Positions 17,869 to 29,088 of a stretch of 64,000 bases of DNA are shown here, one piece after another. Each line of letters opens with the position of its first letter. The stretch's first letter is position 1. Under the pieces are notes generated by a model. The model worked only from the letters and a program-made list of their open reading frames with translations, had not been told where the DNA came from and ran no database searches. The translations under genes and the position numbers were made by a program. This DNA is from an uncultured Chloroflexia bacterium (GTDB taxonomy: Bacteria > Chloroflexota > Limnocylindria > Limnocylindrales > CSP1-4). The stretch is from NCBI GenBank assembly GCA_963735865.1, contig CAVTML010000002.1, forward strand, positions 1,811,871-1,875,870, written 5' to 3'.

Positions 17869-20278
17869 TCAGACCGGGCGGGGGCGATCGCGCGGGTCGA
17901 ACGGGGCGCTCAACGGCGCGGTCGGCGTGGCCGCCGGGACCGGGGCGGACGTCGGGTGCGAGTCGGCCGCGACCATCCCGATGGCCGGCAGCGCGGCGGC
18001 CAGCTGCGGCGCGAGGTACGCGGAGAACGTGGCGGTAAGGTGGAAGTTATCGCGGTAGACGATCATGCCGTTGTAGACGGCCGGGCACGGGTCGTACGGG
18101 CAGATGGCGGTCGACAGGTCGACCAGCGTCGCGTGCGGCGTGGCCTTCACCGCCGTGACCTCCAGCGTCCGGTGGCGCCAGGAGTAGGCCACCGACGCGC
18201 GGCGTGGCGCACAGGGTCACGTCACGGGTGTGGGCGGACAGGCAGTCCGGCACGTCCACGTCGGGCGACGGCGTGTCCACGATGATCGCCTTGGGGCCGG
18301 GGATCTGGCGCAGCAGGACGGCCATGGCCGTGCCCTGGACGGCCGGCGAGTTGTCGGCCGGCGGTCATCGGTTCCATGCCCTCCGCCGCGGCCACGATCG
18401 TCAGGTCGGGCTTGAGGGCCTGGAGGCGCTTGATGACCAGCGGGCGCCACGGCTCGCACTCGGTGTACTCGCGCTTGAGGACCCGCGAGTAGATGGGCAG
18501 GTCCAGGAAGCGGCACGACAGCTTGACGAATGGCACCAGCTTCCAGTGCTTGGCCAGCGCGATGCGCTCGAGGGCCGGGAACCACTGCGAGGCGTGCGAG
18601 TCACCGACCAGCGCCACCGTGATCGTGCCGTTGGGGTCGCCGTAGACGCAGTTGGCCGGCACGACCTGCAGCTCCTGGATGAGGCAGCCGTCGCGAGCAG
18701 ACGCTCCCAGTCGTTGGAGGCATTGGCCAGGCTGGGCTGCACGTTGGCCGGCAGCGGCACCGGGCCCTTGGGCGCCTTGAGCGCGGGCACGGGCTTCGGC
18801 GTGGGCGTCGCCGTGGGGCCGGTGGTCGGCGCGGTGGAGGGCGTCGGGCCGCCGGTGGGCGGGGCGCTGGTGACGGTCGGATCGGTGGCTGTCGACCGGA
18901 CCCTCGCCGGTGACGCCCGTGATCGCCGCCAGGGCCGAGTCGTCGGGCGTCGTCGTGCTCGTGGCGTCCGGGCCGCCCGACCCGACGGACGCGCTGATGG
19001 GCGCCGAGCTGCCGGCGTCGAGCAACCCGGACGCCGCGGTCCCCAGGCCGGCGGTCAGCAGCACCAGCGAGGCGATCGAGACGCCGGCCGCCTCCAGGAT
19101 GCGGCCCGTCGGGAGCTGGAAGCGGGCGCCGCGGTGGAACGGCTCCTCGATGGCGTAGTGGAGGCCCGCCGCGACGGCGATCGAGACGCCGGCCAGCGCC
19201 AGCGACGAGGCCAGCGTGAGGGTCTGGCCGGGCGGCAGGAGCGCGGCCGGCAGGATGAGGATCGGCCAGTGGACCAGGTAGAGCGAGAACGAGATGCGGC
19301 CCAGCCAGCGCATCGGCGCCAGCACCAGCAGGTGGCCCGGTGAGAAGCGGCGCGTGCCCGAGAGGATGAGCGCCGCGCTGCCGAGCGTCGGCAGGAGGGC
19401 CGCCAGCCCCGGGTACGGCGTGTCGGCGTCGAGCACGAAGGCGGAGGCCACGATGGCGGCCAGGCCCGCCCAGCCGATGACGACCAGGCTGGCGTGGGCG
19501 ATCGACCGACCCAGGCCCGGCAGCCCCATCCGACGGGCCTTCCACCTGGCGATCCGGAGGCGCCGACCGCGCTGGGCGGTGAGCCAGGTGGCGGCTCGAG
19601 CGCCCGACCCGGCCCCGACCGCCAGCAGGCCGCCCAGGCCCAGCTGCCAGGCGCGGGTCGGCAGGCTGTAGAAGGCCCACGGGGCCGCCACGTCGGTGAG
19701 CCAGAGCGCGCCCGCGAACGAGACGATCGTCACGATGGTCAGGAGCACGCCCGCGCTGAGGCGCGGCTTGCCCAGGCGCGTGGCCACGATCAGCAGCGCC
19801 GGCCAGACCAGGTAGAACTGCTCCTCGACGCCCAGCGACCAGTAGTGCAGGAACGGCGAGGGGCTGACGCCCTGGCCGCGAAGTAGTCCATGGAGGTCGC
19901 CGCGAAGCGCATGTTGGCGGCGCTGAGGGCGGCCGCCATCGCGTCGCCGGCCACGCGCGGCAGGTCCAGCGGCGCCATGACCACCCAGGCGAACGGGAGG
20001 GTGGCCACGATGACGACCGCGGCCGCCGGCAGGATGCGGCGGGCCCGTCGGGCGTAGAAGGCGGGGAGGTCGATGCGCCCGGTGCGCTCGCGCTCGCGCA
20101 GCAGCAGGCCGGTGATCAGGAAGCCGGAGAGGACGAAGAAGACGTCCACGCCGATGTAGCCGCCGGTGATCCCGGGCACGCTGGCATGGAACGCCAGGAC
20201 CAGGAGGATGGCCAGCCCGCGCAGCCCCTCAAGGTCCGGTCGGAAGGTCTCGCCGCGCGACCCCTCGGCGCCCTGCAC
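17869..20278 (-). pseudogene. OafA/YrhL-type acyltransferase-3 membrane domain fused to an SGNH hydrolase domain, at least 4 frame breaks
   Basis: FRPDLEGLRGLAILLVLAFHASVPGITGGYIGVDVFFVLSGFLITGLLL...; HYWSLGVEEQFYLVWPALL; SFSLYLVHWPIL; C-terminal VALVGDSHASQWFPAL...LKPDLTIVAAA...; ICPYDPCPAVYNGMIVYRDNFHLTATFS. Confidence 0.8.
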
Positions 20279-21159
20279 GCCAGTCCACCCCTTCGCCAGT
20301 GCCGTCCCGCCGCGGCCTGCCCGCTTCGGGAAGCTGATTCTACGCCAGCCCCTATGAGACGTCGGACGGGGGGTCGGTGGGGTGGGCGGGGAGGCACGGC
20401 TCGCAAACCCGACTCGGCTCTGAGCAAACCGGCACGTAAGCGACGCTCGTCAGGCTGCGTCTCGCCCGTCCGCCGATTTGATGCAGCCTAGGTTCTGAGG
20501 CATTCCGGAGTTGCTCCGTTGGCTGCCACCCAAGCTGGCGCGAGCGCGAGGGAAAGTCCTCTCGCCACAGCGTGCACTAAGGAGACTCGGGCCCGGTAAG
20601 CTGCCAATGGAGGAACGTGTGACGCAGAACCGCCTGCATTCGACAACAGCTCCCACAACGAGAGTTCGTCCACTGCCTCCCCTTATCAACTCCGCGAAAC
20701 CGACATGCGGAGGTTACCGCCCCCAGTGCCACAGCACGGGTTTAGGTGGGGCTCGCCACGCCCGCATGAGGACCGCTGGCGTTGGCTCCCGTATTCACTA
20801 GCCCTTTGAGTTGGTGGACCAGCCCGGTACGATGGAGTCGTGAGAGCCACGGGGCCATGGGACCTCAGTTGGCCAGTCCCTTGGGCTGAGAAGGTTAGCG
20901 TGCTGCTTCTGGCCGCGCATCTCGACGGCGAGGGGTTGCAGCCGTTGATGTCCGTACCGATGGCCGAGAGATTTCGGCGATCCGCGCGGCCGGGGCTTGG
21001 ATTGGGCTTTGGTCGTCAAGACGGCCTTGCGGCTCGGCCGGCCGCTCGACCACGGGGATCACGCCAAACGGCGGGCGGCGTACCAGGCCACCCCGCCGGT
21101 GACCGAGTTGGAACGGTCGGATCTGGCGGCGGGACCTTCGAGGCATCCTGCTTCGCCTC

Positions 21160-22017
21160 GTGACCGGCGAGAAGGCCTATCGCTATGACGGCATCTGGCA
21201 TGACGGCGGCGGTAATGTCGACCTGCGGGCCTACCGCGATGGCAAAGAAGAGCTGGCGGTCGAGGCGAAGGGCGCCATCGCTCGTGGCAACGGCATCGCG
21301 TGGTCGCGCGCTCGTGAAGACGTTGAATTGCTGTTCCCGGGATCGCCCTTGCATGGAGGGCGAGCCCCACCAATGCGGTCCTGCTGCCCGATCGACCGAC
21401 TGCTCGCCCCGCTCGGTAAGGGGTTCGTGCGAACGCTAGTCGACCGGGGCCATGGCGTAGACGGGGTGGCGCATCTTCCTCGTCGCAGAGAGTGGGCTCA
21501 TCACCGAGCATCGCGTAAGCCAGCTGCGCCAAGCGTGACGGCCGAGGAGAAGCGACCGAATTCACTGCCCTTCGACGCCTATCCGTACGGCGGAAGCAAG
21601 CTGTTGCCTCCTCCTCGCACTGGTGACGGCACCGCCCGCAAAGGCTACGGCCTTGGCGTTCTACGTTGGTGCGGCTACCGATGTGCTTATTGCGGCCTGG
21701 ATCTCGGCTCCTTCGATGGTTGGCTCCAGGTCTCGGTCGACCACGTCGTGCCCCAGCAGGCAATCAATGTGGGGTACCCGAGCGCCTGGGTCCGGTCGGA
21801 GGCCAACCTGGTCGCGTGTTGTATGGCTTGCAACGGGCTCTTTAATCGCGACCAGGTGGTCGAGGCTGTGCCTGGGTCGTGGGACGCATTCCTGATCATC
21901 CGCGACGAACTCTTCCAAAGGCGGAGGACGCGGATTCTCGCGAGGCGCGCCACAGAACGCCTCTGGTACGAGGAGCATATCCAGCCAGCGGCCCTCCGGG
22001 TATCGGACCGCCGGTGA
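21160..22017 (+). CDS. HNH endonuclease-domain protein, with a possible Mrr-like PD-(D/E)XK core in the N-terminal part; true start uncertain
   Basis: HNH: RCAYCGLDLGSFDGWLQVSVDHVVPQQ...EANLVACCMACNGLFN. N-terminus: WHDGGGNVDLRAYRDGKEELAVEAKG resembles the Mrr_cat D-GG-D...x-QAK motif. Codon usage is visibly less GC3-rich than in flanking genes. Confidence 0.55.
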   Translation: MTGEKAYRYDGIWHDGGGNVDLRAYRDGKEELAVEAKGAIARGNGIAWSRAREDVELLFPGSPLHGGRAPPMRSCCPIDRLLAPLGKGFVRTLVDRGHGVDGVAHLPRRREWAHHRASRKPAAPSVTAEEKRPNSLPFDAYPYGGSKLLPPPRTGDGTARKGYGLGVLRWCGYRCAYCGLDLGSFDGWLQVSVDHVVPQQAINVGYPSAWVRSEANLVACCMACNGLFNRDQVVEAVPGSWDAFLIIRDELFQRRRTRILARRATERLWYEEHIQPAALRVSDRR

Positions 22018-22018
22018 C

Positions 22019-23057
22019 TCACACAGTCGAAGATGCTGTTCTTGCGTCATCGGAGCGTGGGTCAATCCCGAGAATGACGTCTACGATCCCGGTGACCGCC
22101 ACATCCCGCAGTTTCTGCTCGAACCACGCAATCGCCGCCTCATGCGTCGGGACCGCTGCAGCTCGCGTACGGTTCGCGAGGATGACGGGCCCACTCGGAG
22201 GTCGCTCCCAATCCGGACCAAGACCAGCCCGCTCCGCGAGCGCGCGCGCGCGTTCGACGGTCCCACGTGACGCCTTGTACTGAAATACCACGACGCTCCA
22301 ATAGGCTGTGCCCTCATGCGCCGTCAGGCCATAACGGAGTGGACCGCCGTCGGCGACGATCTCGCCCGTTGTACGCAGGTACGCAGCGACGAAATTCAGC
22401 AGCGCGCCCTCCGCCGACCATTGGAGTTGTTCACTCCGAATTTGGAGGTGGAAATACGTCGGGCAGTCTCCGATGGACGGCCACGATAACAGCACACACT
22501 TTCAACATGAGGTCGTGGGCAGGCTCAAGCGACGCGGCCTCGCGGTCGCTGATTGGGCCAAGTGCGTCGTTCGCCACGTACTGCTCCTCTAGGAAGGACA
22601 GGAGATCTCTCCAAGTCGACTGCATCGCCCGAGGGTGGCGGGCGGCCTGATACAGCTCCACCCAAGTTAGGTTCTTGATCGTGTCCCGTATGCGGGTGGG
22701 CGCCAGGGTGACGAGCCAGACCGGGTGACCACGGCCCCGAGATAGGGCCTCGTACGCGTCGAGCTGCCGTCCACTTTCAGGGGCCGCAATCTTGATCTCG
22801 ACCCATACCTCCGCCTGAACCTTCCCGTGTTCGTCAAGGACCTCGATCGCCAAGTCCAAGCGTCCACCGCCGGGTAGAGATACCTGCGTACGTGGCCGAT
22901 AACCGGCCGCTGTCGCGAGGCCGATCCCCGCGGCCGCGCCGGGATCCAATCGACAAAGCGCGGTGATCATCGGATTGGGCTCGTCCTCAATCGCTATGGC
23001 GAGCGCCTCGGTCGTGAAGTTCTCCTGCGCGAGATTTGCCGAGTCTTTCGAGTACAT
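22019..23057 (-). pseudogene. PD-(D/E)XK nuclease superfamily protein with a C-terminal domain of unknown function, one frame break near 22470
   Basis: MYSKDSANLAQENFTTEALAIAIE...GGRLDLAIEVLDEHGKVQAEVWVEIKIAAPES (D...E-x-K core). Continues in ORF 22019..22495. Lower GC by eye. Confidence 0.6.
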
Positions 23058-23104
23058 GAAGAGCCGCCCGAGGCGAGACGACGAGTGGTCAAGGTCTCCG
23101 GCGG

Positions 23105-26100
23105 TCAATCGACCCGCTCCGGGCACATCCGCGCGTAGTCGCACCAGCCGCACGCCTTGACCGACGGCGTCGCCGCGAAGTCGCCCGCCCGCATCCGCGC
23201 CACCCGCGCCAGGATCGCCGCCCGCGCCAGGTCCAGCTGCTCGTCCGTCCGGGTCGTGCTCATGCGGGTCGCCGACTCGGTGAAGTAGAGGGTCACCCGC
23301 TCGGGCGTGCCCAGGCCCAGCGCGTCGCGGCAGGCCAGCGCGTAGATGGAGAGCTGGAGGCTCTCGTCGACGTCCTTCTGCGAGCTGACCTTGCCGGTCT
23401 TGTAGTCGATGACCTCGATGCCGCCGGACGGCAGCCGGTCGATCCGGTCGATGGACCGCCGTGATGACCACCGGTCGGCCTGCCGTCGCCGGCGTCGAGG
23501 ACGAGCTCGAAGTCGAGCTCCTCGTGCGATCGCCTCGCCGAGGCTGCTGAGCTCGCCCGTCCCAGAAGTTGTCGAGCAGCGTGTCGACGCGCCGCTGGTA
23601 GCCCTCCTCCGTCGTCTGGTCGCCGAAGTCGGTCGGCATCCAGCTGCGCGCGGAAGAGCCGCTCCAGGTCCTCGCGGGTCGGCGGCGGCTCGCCGCGGGC
23701 CAGCCGCTCGCGGCGCTCCTTCGTGAACGCCTCGAAGGCCGCGTGCGCGGTGGACCCGAAGGTGAGCGCCCCGACCGGCCGCTCGGGCGGCGGCATCCGG
23801 TAGACGTAGCTGAAGGCGTACCGCAGCGGGCAGCTTCGTACTGGTCGAACTGCGAGTAGCTGAACCGCTCGGGCAGCGGCGCGACCTGCGAGCAGGTTCG
23901 CGCCGGCGCCCGTGTCCGAGCCGATCTCGCGGAACGTCAGCGGGTCGAGGCCGGCCGCCCGCGCCTCGTCGGCGCCCATCGCCGCCGACCGGCCGACCGC
24001 GGCGAGCTGCGCCTCCAACCGCCACGCGCGCCGCCGGCGGCCTCGGGATCGGCGGCCGTCGGTCGCCTCCAGCAGCCCGACCAGCTCGGTCGCGCGCAGG
24101 CGCAGCGCCAGCCGGCGCTCGCGCGCGGACGGCAGCGGCATGACCCGGCGCATCGAGCGCGCCGTGAGCGATCGAGCGGGCTCTCCTCGTCGGCGTCTTC
24201 GGCCGTCGCGCCAGCGCCGCCGGCGCCGGTCGCCCGTCCGGTCGATGCGCGAGCAGCTCCGGCCCCGCGCCCTCCGCGCAGCTCGGCGACGAACAGCGAC
24301 TGGCGCCTTGGTCGTCCGGCCGGGCCACCGTGGGTCGTCAGCGTCAGGCGCTCCTGCGCGCGGGTCATCGCGACGTACAGGAGCCGGCGCTCCTCCTCGG
24401 TGTGGATGTCGCCCGCCGGGACGGCCTCGCGCAGCAGCTCGCGCGGGAAGTAGCCGCGCCAGCCCTCGCGCGTCGGCCACTCCCCTTCGAGCAGGCTGGG
24501 CACGAAGACGATGGGGAACTCGAGGCCCTTGGCCTGGTAGAGGGTCATGAGCCGGACGCCCTCGACGTCCTCGGTCAGCTCGACGCTCGTCGGCAGCTCG
24601 CCGCCGGCGTCCTGGTAGGCGTCGAGGTAGTCGACGAAGCTCGGCCAGCGTGCCCGTGGGATGCTCGGCCTGCCAGTCGGCGGCGAAGCGCAGGAAGCTG
24701 GCGATGTTGGCGACGGTCCGCTTGGCCTCGAGCGTGTCCGACGGCGATCAGGTCGAGCACCTGGCCGGTCCGCTCGAGGTAGCGCTCGAGGATCGTGAAC
24801 GGCCCTCGCGCCAGGTGCGCGGCTGCAGCTCGTCGAGGGCGCCGAGCAGCCGGCGCAGCTTGGCGCGCGTGGCCGGCGCGACGGCGACCATCGCCGGCGC
24901 CGGGGTCGCGGCCGGCTCGTCGGCGCCTTCTGGTCGATCCTCCGCGATCTGGCCCGAGTCCACGATCTCCCGCACCGCCTCGCAGCAGGTGGCGGCGGTC
25001 GAACCGCGCCATCCGCGTCGACGCGCAGGATCTCGAGCGCATCCAGGCGCCACGGGCCGGCGGTCATCATCCGGACGAGCGCGACGTCGTCCTGCGGGTC
25101 CGCGATGGCCCGCAGGCCCTGCTCGAGGTCGCGGATCTCCGGCGTCTCGAACAGCGACAGCCCGCCGACGACGGTGTACGGGATGTCCTCGTCGCGCAGG
25201 CGGGCGACGATCGCCTCGCGGTGCTTGTGCTTGCGGTACAGGATGGCGACGTCCGACCAGCGCGGGCTGCGTCGCCCAGGCGCGCCGCGGATGGCGTCGA
25301 CGATGGCGACCGCCTCGTCCTCCGGCCCGGCGCAGACGACGCAGCTCGACCGGCGGCGCCGTCCTCGCGCTCCGTCCGCAGGCGCTTGTCCGGCTCGAAG
25401 CGGATCGCGTTGCGCCCGATGAGGCGGTTGGCGGCGGTCAGCACGTGCTCGACGCGAGCGGAAGTTCTGCTCGATGCGCAGGCGCGGCGGCGGCCCGGGC
25501 GCGCGGCCGTCCGGGTCGTGGGCGGGCGGCCGCGAGAAGCGCCGGTCGAACTCGGCGAAGGCGGCGAAGCTGGCGCCGCGGAAGCGGTAGATCGACTGGT
25601 CGTCGTCGCCCACGACCATGACGTTGTCGGGCCGGTCCGGCGTCCGGCCGAGCAGCTCGATGAGCTCGATCTGGGCGATGTTGGCGTCCTGGAACTCGTC
25701 GACGAGGATGTAGCGGAACTGGCGCTGCCAGCGGCGCAGGACGTTGGGGCGCGTCTTGAAGAGCTGGGTCGACGGCGGCGATCTGCTCGCCGAAGTCGAG
25801 GGCGCCCGCGGCCGACCAGCTCGTCCTGGTAGGCGCGGTAGACGGCGGCGAGCTCCGGCAGGCGCAGGACCTCCAGCGCGGCGCCGTCGCGCGACGTAGG
25901 TGGCGGCGAGCTGCGTCGATCCGGCGCCTGCAGCTCGTCGGGCGAGATCGTGCACCGCGACGGCGTGGCCGTGGCCGTTGCCGGCGATCGCGCGTCGGGC
26001 CTCGCGGTCGGCCGTCTTCTCGACGGCGTCGGCGTCGTAGGGCTCGGCGGTCTCGCCCGCGTCCTCCGCGCGCTCGTGGCCGCGGATGCGCGGCGTAGGT

Positions 26101-26810
26101 CGCTGCGCACCTCGCGCGGGCCGTCGAGGTTGCCCCTGCGTCAGGAGCTGCGCGGCCACCGCGTCGTAGCTCGCCGTACTGCGTCCTCGAAGACCCGCCG
26201 CTCCTCCGCGACGAAGCGCGTCGAAGTCGGCCGGGCGTGACCAGCTCGTCCTTGGCCCGGTTGATGAACTGCGACGATCTCCTGCGAGCGACCAGTCGCT
26301 GTGGTAGACGAGCGGCGAGCGTCGGCCGCAGGTCGCGCAGGAGCAGCAGCTGGCCGACGCCGTCGAGGACGTCGGGGCGCGGCGGCAGCCCGCCTCGGCC
26401 GCCGACTCCGTCAGGATGCGGTGGCAGAAGCTGTGGAAGTTGCTGACGCGTCATGCGGGCCCGGGTCGGCCGGGCCGACGGCCTCGTCCAGGCGCGTCTG
26501 CAGCTCCCTGGCCGCCTTGACGTTGTAGGTCAGGACGAGGATCTGCTCGGGGAGCAGCGGGCCGTCGAACGGGTGGTCCGGATGGGGCTGGGGCTGCGGC
26601 TCGGCGGAGAGCAGCCGGCCGTCCGCGTCGAGCGTGCCTGCGCCCTTGCGTCTCGAGCAGCCAGCGGCAGCGCTCGACGATGACGCGCGTCTTGCCCGTC
26701 CCGGCGCCGGCGATGACGACGAGCGGCCCGTCGCCCCACTCGACGATGCGCTCCTGCTCCGGCGTGAGCGGCGGGCGGCTCGGGCTAGTCGGCGTCAGGG
26801 TCAGCGTCAT
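23105..26810 (-). pseudogene. UvrD/PcrA/AddA-type SF1 helicase fused to a C-terminal Cas4/AddB-type PD-(D/E)XK nuclease with a Cys cluster, at least 6 frame breaks
   Basis: N-terminus LTPEQERIVEWGDGPLVVIAGAGTGKTRVIVER (Walker A). Internal FRYILVDEFQDANIAQIELIELL, VVGDDDQSIYRFRGA, TLYQAKGLEFPIVFV, RLLYVAMTRAQERL. C-terminus IDRIDRL..GGIEVIDYKTGK...QLSIYALA...KACGWCDYARMCPERVD (C-x2-C-x5-C). Confidence 0.85.
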
Positions 26811-27102
26811 CGCCGTCTGCTTCCTGGTTGGGTCCCTCGAACTCGACCGTCACGCTGGTGAGCTCAGGGCCGTCGAACGTGCCGTAGACCGGGAAGGAGC
26901 CGTCGCCGCCGAACTGTTGGAGCAACATCACCGGCTGGCCGGCGAGGGACGTGACTGCGCGGCTCGAGTCGGCGTCGATGACGGCCTGGTAGTCGACACC
27001 CGGGCGCCCGGTCTTCTGGCGCGGCAGGACGTAGGCCGGGTCCCCGACCAGCAGGGTCCCGCTGTCCACTTCCACGTAACCGAGAAGTCGTCGGTCGCTC
27101 AT
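26785..27102 (-). CDS. small hypothetical protein with an acidic tail
   Basis: Intact 105 aa. LGYVEVDSGTLLVGDPAYV...FGGDGSFPVYGTFDG...EADGDDADPDAD. The 3' end overlaps the helicase start by 26 nt. Confidence 0.5.
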   Translation of the reverse strand: MSDRRLLGYVEVDSGTLLVGDPAYVLPRQKTGRPGVDYQAVIDADSSRAVTSLAGQPVMLLQQFGGDGSFPVYGTFDGPELTSVTVEFEGPNQEADGDDADPDAD

Positions 27103-27233
27103 TCAGTTGCCCCGGACGCATCGACCGGCCAGCCAGGCTCGTCGAGCTCGGTGGCCAACCGAAGGTGGGCCGAGGACTGCAGCATACGACCCCGAGTCGC
27201 GAACTACCGTTCGACCGCCCGGCCGACGCGTGC

Positions 27234-28591
27234 TCATGCGGCGACCGCCGGTTCGGCGGTGTTGACCGTCTGCACCACGTGGCTCTCGGTCGCGATGCGG
27301 TCCAGGACCTTGACCAGGCGGTCCAGATTGGCCGGATCCTCGAGGGCGGTGAGCGGGATGGTCGGCCAGCGGCTGAGCTGCCAGGACGGGATGTCGACCC
27401 CGTCGATCTCGTTGAGCGCCAGGCGCAGCTCGTTGCGGCCGGCCTCCGTGTCGAAGGGCGGCAGGCGCATCCCGCCGAACTGGATGACGATGTCGCCGCG
27501 CGCTCGCAAGGCGATCGTGGGCTGCGAGCCCTTGGGCGCGAGCTCCAGGTCGACCGGGAACCAGATCTGCGGCTCGGTCGTGCAGCCGTTGTTGGGGAAC
27601 CGGGTGAGCGTCCTGCGTGCGCACCCCGTCGGTGGCGGCCAGCTCGCGCTCCTTCTGATCGGCCCAGTTGACGAGCTTCTCGATCACCTCGCGGGCCGCC
27701 GGGCCGTGGCGCCGACCGATCTCCTCGGCGAACGACTCCTCGTCCCAGGTGTGCGCCGTCCGCTCCGGCGAGAGGGCGAGGTCCAGCACGAGCGGCACGT
27801 GGTCGGACAGGCCGGCCCTGACGACCGTGGGGTCGACGGACATGGCCGTCACCTGGCCCGCCAGGCCGGGCGAGACGAAGAGGTGGTCGAGCTCCGCCGT
27901 GCCCCAGGTCGCGATGTGGTCGCAGGTGCCGCCGTGGCCGCAGGCGCAGTCGGCCGGTGCCGGCGGTGGGTCGGCGACGAGCGTCTTCGCCTCGACGAGC
28001 CCGAGTGACAGGAGCGCTCCGATGACCGCCTCCGCGCGGGCGAGCTGCTTGGGGTCGCTGGTCGAGCGCGAGACGTTGAGGTCGCCGCCCAGGATCACCC
28101 GGGCGCCGTACGGCGAGTCGAACAGCGGCACGAGGTCGGCGACGACGCGCAGCATCGACGACACGACCGAGCCTTCGAACACGCCGTAGACGCTCACGAG
28201 CGTGATGGGCTCGATGCCGGGGACGGTCAGGCGCGCGATCGCGACGGACCCGGGGTTGGCGTTCTCCAGCAGGTAGCGCCGCCGCGACCACGGGATGCGC
28301 ACGGATCGCAGCGGCTCGAGGGTGATCGCGGGGTCCAGGGCGACGACCGCCGAGCCCCAGTTCCGATGGCCCGCCAGCTCGCCGTAGACGACGCGATCGC
28401 GCTCGAGCTCGAGCGGCGGCACGGCCTCCTGGACGAGTGCGACCTGCACGCCCATCGTCGGTGGCCAGGTGCTCCCAGGCGGCACGCCGCGTGTCGATCG
28501 GCAGCATCGGCTGCCGCCAGTGGTTGAGGTTCCACGTCGCGAGGCGGAGCGGCGTGAGCTCCAGCTCAGCCTTCGGCTCGGGCTCGGTCAC
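27234..28591 (-). pseudogene. endonuclease/exonuclease/phosphatase (EEP) family protein with a C-terminal domain of about 150 aa of unknown function, two frame breaks (about 28460 and about 27595)
   Basis: VTEPEPKAELELTPLRLATWNLNHW...; VVALD...VSVYG...ILGGDLNVS...SDHVPLVLDL (EEP motifs); then FPNNGCTTEPQIWFPVDLEL...IQFGGMRLPPFDTEAGRNELRLALNEIDGV. The GTG start overlaps the upstream stop (GTGA at 28588-91). Confidence 0.7.
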
Positions 28592-28884
28592 GATTGTCGA
28601 CCCCCGCGCCACGCGGCCGCGGCGGCAACCTGCGGCCCAGGTGGCTCCGCCCATGTGCGGCCGCAGCGGCGGCACCGCCAGCTCGGCGAATCTCCTCCAA
28701 CGACACAGCCGCCCAAGGCGAACTCGCCGCGTTGGGAAGCCTCGAACGTATCGAATGCAGGCAGGCCGTAGACGATGCGCAGCGGGTTGCGCTCCCCGCA
28801 TCGCGGGCAACGCAGCTCGGCTTCAGTCGGCGCGGCTGCGCCGTCTGGTCGGTCGGTATTCGGCATCTGGTCGTTCCCTCTCAT
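28588..28884 (-). CDS. small zinc-ribbon protein
   Basis: LRCPRCGERNPLRIVYGLPAFDTFEASQRGEFALGGCVVGGDSPSWRCRRCGRTW (two CxxC pairs). First gene of the minus-strand operon. Confidence 0.5.
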   Translation of the reverse strand: MRGNDQMPNTDRPDGAAAPTEAELRCPRCGERNPLRIVYGLPAFDTFEASQRGEFALGGCVVGGDSPSWRCRRCGRTWAEPPGPQVAAAAAWRGGRQS

Positions 28885-29088
28885 CGCGGATCCCCACGAT
28901 CCGCGTCAGCGGCCTCGGTCCCGCCGATCCCGAAACAGCAGGTACAGGACGTACAGCAGGAGCCTGTGCATCAGCTGCATCCGGTCGGTGCGGGCTTCTC
29001 GTGACCGCTCACAGGGACATCTTCTCCAGCCAGCGTGCCAGCTCAGGTGGCACGACTCACATGACCGAGAGCCGCGTTCCCCAGCTCG

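Noticed and set aside
20540-20640. RNase P RNA-like motif GAGGGAAAGTCC followed about 70 nt later by GCAGAACCGCC
   Set aside because: In bacterial RNase P the GAGGAAAGUCC and ACAGAACCCGGC elements are about 300 nt apart with many other conserved blocks (GGUAAGGGUGAAA and others). None of these are present and the spacing is wrong.
20430-20880. tmRNA or tRNA-like features: CGTAAGCG near 20436, a frame ending ...FDAA-TAG at 20491, and GGTCCACCA on the minus strand at 20811-20819
   Set aside because: There is no GGGG...UGA 5' end pairing with the CCA end, no T-loop (GGTTCGAnTCC) on either strand, and the pieces lie on different strands. The 69-nt minus-strand candidate does not fold as a cloverleaf.
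20840-22017. IscB/HEARO-type arrangement: a long structured non-coding region upstream of an HNH ORF, with a PLM-containing peptide LDGEGLQPLMSVPMAERF
   Set aside because: I found no RuvC motifs, arginine-rich bridge helix or TID-like C-terminus. The HNH ORF is far too short, and its HNH context (SVDHVVPQQ...NLVACCMACN) is not IscB-like.
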